This document shows, one piece after another, positions 60,924 through 64,000 of a DNA stretch of 64,000 bases; positions within the stretch are counted from its first letter, which is position 1, and every line of letters begins with the position of its first letter. A program made the translations under genes and the position numbers. This DNA comes from an uncultured Planctomycetota bacterium (GTDB lineage: Bacteria; Planctomycetota; Planctomycetia; Isosphaerales; Isosphaeraceae). The notes below the pieces were generated by a model that was not told where the DNA came from, made no database searches, and was given only the letters and a program-made list of their open reading frames with translations. The stretch lies in NCBI GenBank assembly GCA_963845755.1, contig CAWJTV010000031.1:32001-96000 (forward strand), read 5' to 3'.

Positions 60924-62411
60924 CAATACCGTTGAAATAGGCGCAAGCCACAGCCTCCTGTTACTTTGGGTTTACTCACGACCCAAGCAACACGGAGGCC
61001 ATGACTCGCATGCCGCACGGACATTGCACGCTGCCGCCCGATGCGTCGGGCCGGATCTTGGATCGCTTGGCGGGACTGGAACAGATTATCTCGCCCGAGG
61101 CCGTTCGCCAAGTCCTCGCGGCCACCGGTAAAACCAATCAACGACGTTGCACACTGACCCACGAGATTGTTTGCTGGGTGGTCCTGGCCATGGGGCTGTT
61201 GACCGACTTGCCGATCCGCCAAGTCTTCAAGCATGCACGCCGGCTCCGAGTCGGCGAGGAGAGTCCCCATCGATCCAGCCTGTGTGTGGCCCGGCAACGC
61301 CTGGGCATCGCGCCGGTCCGCCACCTGTTCGAGCACGTCGTTCATCCTCTGGCCCGGCCCGATACGCCCGGAGCCTTCTACCGCGGGTTCCGCCTGGTCG
61401 GCATCGATGGGACCGTCTACGATGTCCCCGACTCGGAGGCCAACGCCGCGGCCTTCGCGCGCCCTCGGCCGGGCCGCGCGGCGACGGCGCGTTCCCCCAA
61501 GTCCGCAAGCTGAGCCTGGTCGAATTGGGGACCCACATCGAACTGGCCTTCGTGGTCCGGTCGATCGCCCACGGCGAACCGTCGATGGTCGGCGGCTTGC
61601 TCCGCCATCTGACTCCGGAGATGCTCCTGTTGGAGGATCGCGGGTTTTTCAGCTATGACCACTGGAAAACGGCGATGTTGCGGGGCGTCCAGCTGTTGGC
61701 ACGCGTGAAAAGCGGCTTGATCCTCAAGTCGATCCAAAACCTGGCGGATGGCTCGTACCTGGCCAAGATTTATCGGGGTTGCTACGACCGTCAGATCGAT
61801 CGGGATGGGATCGTCGTCCGGGTGATCCGCTATACACTGGACGACCCGCAACGAGTCGGACACGGTGAAACTCATGTGCTGATCACGAATCTCCTTGACG
61901 CGGAGCTTTATCCTGCTGAAGAATTGATTATTCTTTATCACGAGAGATGGGAACAGGAGTTGGTCTATGATGAGCAAAAGACCCATCATGATCCGCGGCG
62001 GGCGACCAAGCCGGCACAGATGCGAAGCGAGACCCCGGCGGGGGTGATCCAGGAGATCTATGCGCTGTCGCTGGGTCATTTCGTGATCCGAGCCTTGATG
62101 GTTGCGGCCGCCGGGACCGTGGGGCTGGACCCGGATCGGCTGTCGTTTCTGGGGTGCTTCCAGATCCTCAAGTGCCGGTTGCCAGAATGCAACAGCTCGA
62201 CCCCCGAGGCGTTCGAGGAGTGGTACCAGGGATTGTTGTGGGAGATGCAGGGGAGCGCACCGATGACGAAATGCGGAGGAACCGGATCAATCCGCGAGTG
62301 ATCAAGCGTAAAATGTCCAAGTGGAAAAAGAAACGATCCAAACATCGACACATTCCGCCCTTGAAGAAAACCTTTGCAGAGACAGTGGTTATGCTTCCTT
62401 AAACGGTATTG
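60924..62411 (+). mobile_element. IS4-family insertion sequence, 1488 bp, with a 10-bp target site duplication
   Basis: IRL CAATACCGTT at 60924; IRR AACGGTATTG ending 62411; GGTCAAAGCC at both 60914-60923 and 62412-62421. Confidence 0.93.
61001..62402 (+). CDS. IS4-family DDE transposase; frameshifts at about 61470 and 62255
   Basis: ARQRLG, GIDGT, EDRGF and YHERWEQELVYDEQK (YREK motif); basic tail RRNRINPRVIKRKMSKW. Confidence 0.9.
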
Positions 62412-62486
62412 GGTCAAAGCCGGCTTCCTACACGAGTCCAGGAACAAATGAGTCTTCGAGTCAATCCGACATTGGAAGAGAACTTC

Positions 62487-63140
62487 ATGAAGCGACAACC
62501 CATGGAAGAACCGCGATTTCGTCCTTCGATCTCCATCGTGCTGGCTTGCGCAGTGAGCGCCGGTGCCGGTATCTTCTTGGGGGTCGTAGCGATGAGGCCG
62601 GCCGCAGCCCGTGCCGACGGCCATGCAGGAGCTGCGTCAACCGGCCCGAAGGCCCCGATCCAGGAGGTCCTGCATTGTCCGCTGGTCTTCGCGGGGGTGC
62701 ATCTGCTGAAAGACCTGCCTGAGCGGTCCCAGGTCGCCTACCATTTCTGCAAGCCCGTAAACGAGGATCTGAATCAATGTGTCCTCTATGACGGGATCGG
62801 CCCCGACGCCAGGTTGATCGGCATCGAGTACTTGGTCAGCGACGCCGTCTACCAGAAGATGCCCACCGAGGAAAAGGCGTACTGGCACGACCACAAATAC
62901 GAGGTCGACAACGGTCTCTTGAAGAGTATGATCCAGAGCGGCGATGAAGAGAAGCAGACCCTCGCCAAGGTTCGCACCCTCTGGGGCAAGGTCTATCACA
63001 CCTGGGCCTCGGGCACGAGCTATCCGCGCGGGCCCGCGCGACTGTACTGGTCCGTGACCGGTGAAGAGCCGTTCATCCTCTCGCACGATGCCAAGCTCCC
63101 GCCGGAATTGGCGAAGGCGACCCGGACCGGAACGAAGTAA
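62487..63140 (+). CDS. DUF1264 / OBAP-family protein
   Basis: AYHFC, QCVLYDG, ARLIGIEYLVS, YWHDHKYEV and GKVYHTW. Confidence 0.85.
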   Translation: MKRQPMEEPRFRPSISIVLACAVSAGAGIFLGVVAMRPAAARADGHAGAASTGPKAPIQEVLHCPLVFAGVHLLKDLPERSQVAYHFCKPVNEDLNQCVLYDGIGPDARLIGIEYLVSDAVYQKMPTEEKAYWHDHKYEVDNGLLKSMIQSGDEEKQTLAKVRTLWGKVYHTWASGTSYPRGPARLYWSVTGEEPFILSHDAKLPPELAKATRTGTK

Positions 63141-63255
63141 ATCCAGAGGCAGGATCTCGGTCGTGGTGCAACCGAAGGGTCGAAGCTGTTGTGCATGATT
63201 CTTCGAGCCGATCGCACGTAAATTGGGCCGATGGGCCGAGATTAATCAGTATCAT

Positions 63256-63513
63256 ATGATTTTCAAGAGACGCTTCATGACCTGCTGGGATGGCGTTTCT
63301 CCCCCCTTCTGGTGCTGGGGCTGGAATATCTTCCGGCTCGCCGTTCAAGATCGAGAGGGGAGGACCCAGTACGGCTGGGTGCGTTGCGATGATCGGGAAG
63401 TCCTAGCGGTCTGGGACACGGGAAGAATCGAAAAGACTGTCTGGAGCGAGGTCGCGGAGAAGCCTGAGATCGCCCAGCCTGCCCTCATCTGGCACCGAGG
63501 TTTGGACAGATGA
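63256..63513 (+). CDS. Small Trp-rich hypothetical protein, possibly truncated
   Basis: FRLAVQDREGRTQYGWVRC looks protein-like; the start is uncertain. Confidence 0.35.
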   Translation: MIFKRRFMTCWDGVSPPFWCWGWNIFRLAVQDREGRTQYGWVRCDDREVLAVWDTGRIEKTVWSEVAEKPEIAQPALIWHRGLDR

Positions 63514-63614
63514 GTCGATTCCCCCGTAGATCGGCACTGGAATCTCGACTCGCCGAAACTCTGGCGATCGATGGTGCGGCGAGCCAGAGATCGCCGGGTT
63601 TCCACCGATACCAA

Positions 63615-64000
63615 TCAATGCGTCCCGGCGAGCCCAGCCCTAAGCCGGGCGATGCCGGCGGCCGGTCCGCCTGTCGCTTTGTAGATCGCCGAGCCGGCGA
63701 CGAGGACGGTCGCACCTGCCTCGACTACGCGGGCCGCCGTGTGCGGCTCGATCCCACCGTCGACCTCCAGCTCGCAGTCGGGCCGGACCTGCTCGATCAT
63801 CCTTCGGACCCGACCGATTTTCGACAGCGTGCCCGCCAGGAATTCCTGTCCCCCGAAACCCGGATTGACGGTCATCACCAAGACCAGCTCGAGATCCGGT
63901 AGGACCTCCTCGAGCGTGGTGGCAGGCGTCGCCGGGTTGATCGCCACGCCGGCGCGCTTACCCAGCGAATGGATCGCCTGAATCGTCCGGTTCAGGTGGA
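63615..64000 (-). CDS. rpe: Ribulose-phosphate 3-epimerase, 3' part (start lies beyond the window)
   Basis: AGVAINPATP, LVMTVNPGFGGQ, LEVDGGI and VLVAGSAIY. Confidence 0.95.
   Translation of the reverse strand, partial: HLNRTIQAIHSLGKRAGVAINPATPATTLEEVLPDLELVLVMTVNPGFGGQEFLAGTLSKIGRVRRMIEQVRPDCELEVDGGIEPHTAARVVEAGATVLVAGSAIYKATGGPAAGIARLRAGLAGTH

Noticed and set aside
61440..61500. Programmed frameshift in the transposase
   Set aside because: There is no slippery heptamer, IS4 transposases are normally single ORFs, and the background indel rate explains it.

Overview
High-GC bacterial DNA, most likely a planctomycete of the Isosphaeraceae type. This is inferred from the LEDRRLLA-leader surface protein, TIGR02999-like ECF sigma, WD40 Ser/Thr kinase, DUF1570 proteins and short SecA paralog. 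Many unrelated genes carry single-base frameshifts, which points to long-read consensus errors, so split genes are reported joined. From left to right: a giant beta-helix surface protein; a divergent ECF sigma and kinase-WD40 pair; GH38 plus an unknown secreted protein; XRE regulator; murB, ftsQ-like and short secA; DUF1570, DUF1080, ROK and EF-hand genes; PadR with a membrane partner; an atypical class II aldolase with lipoyl/E1alpha and E1beta; MFS; a sigma54-driven microprotein and a glutaredoxin; a ~9.4 kb cluster of Hsp70, a dead MNT-HEPN pair, Hsp70-vWA, TM-FHA, FHA-TM and toroid-vWA; an MsbA-like ABC transporter with GT4 and LPS kinase; assorted transport and enzyme genes; a complete IS4 element with a 10-bp target duplication; and the 3' part of rpe. 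The Hsp70/vWA/FHA cluster (34686-44059) is the best candidate for an undescribed system. I found no rRNA, tRNA or CRISPR array. All family calls come from motif recognition by eye, not database searches.
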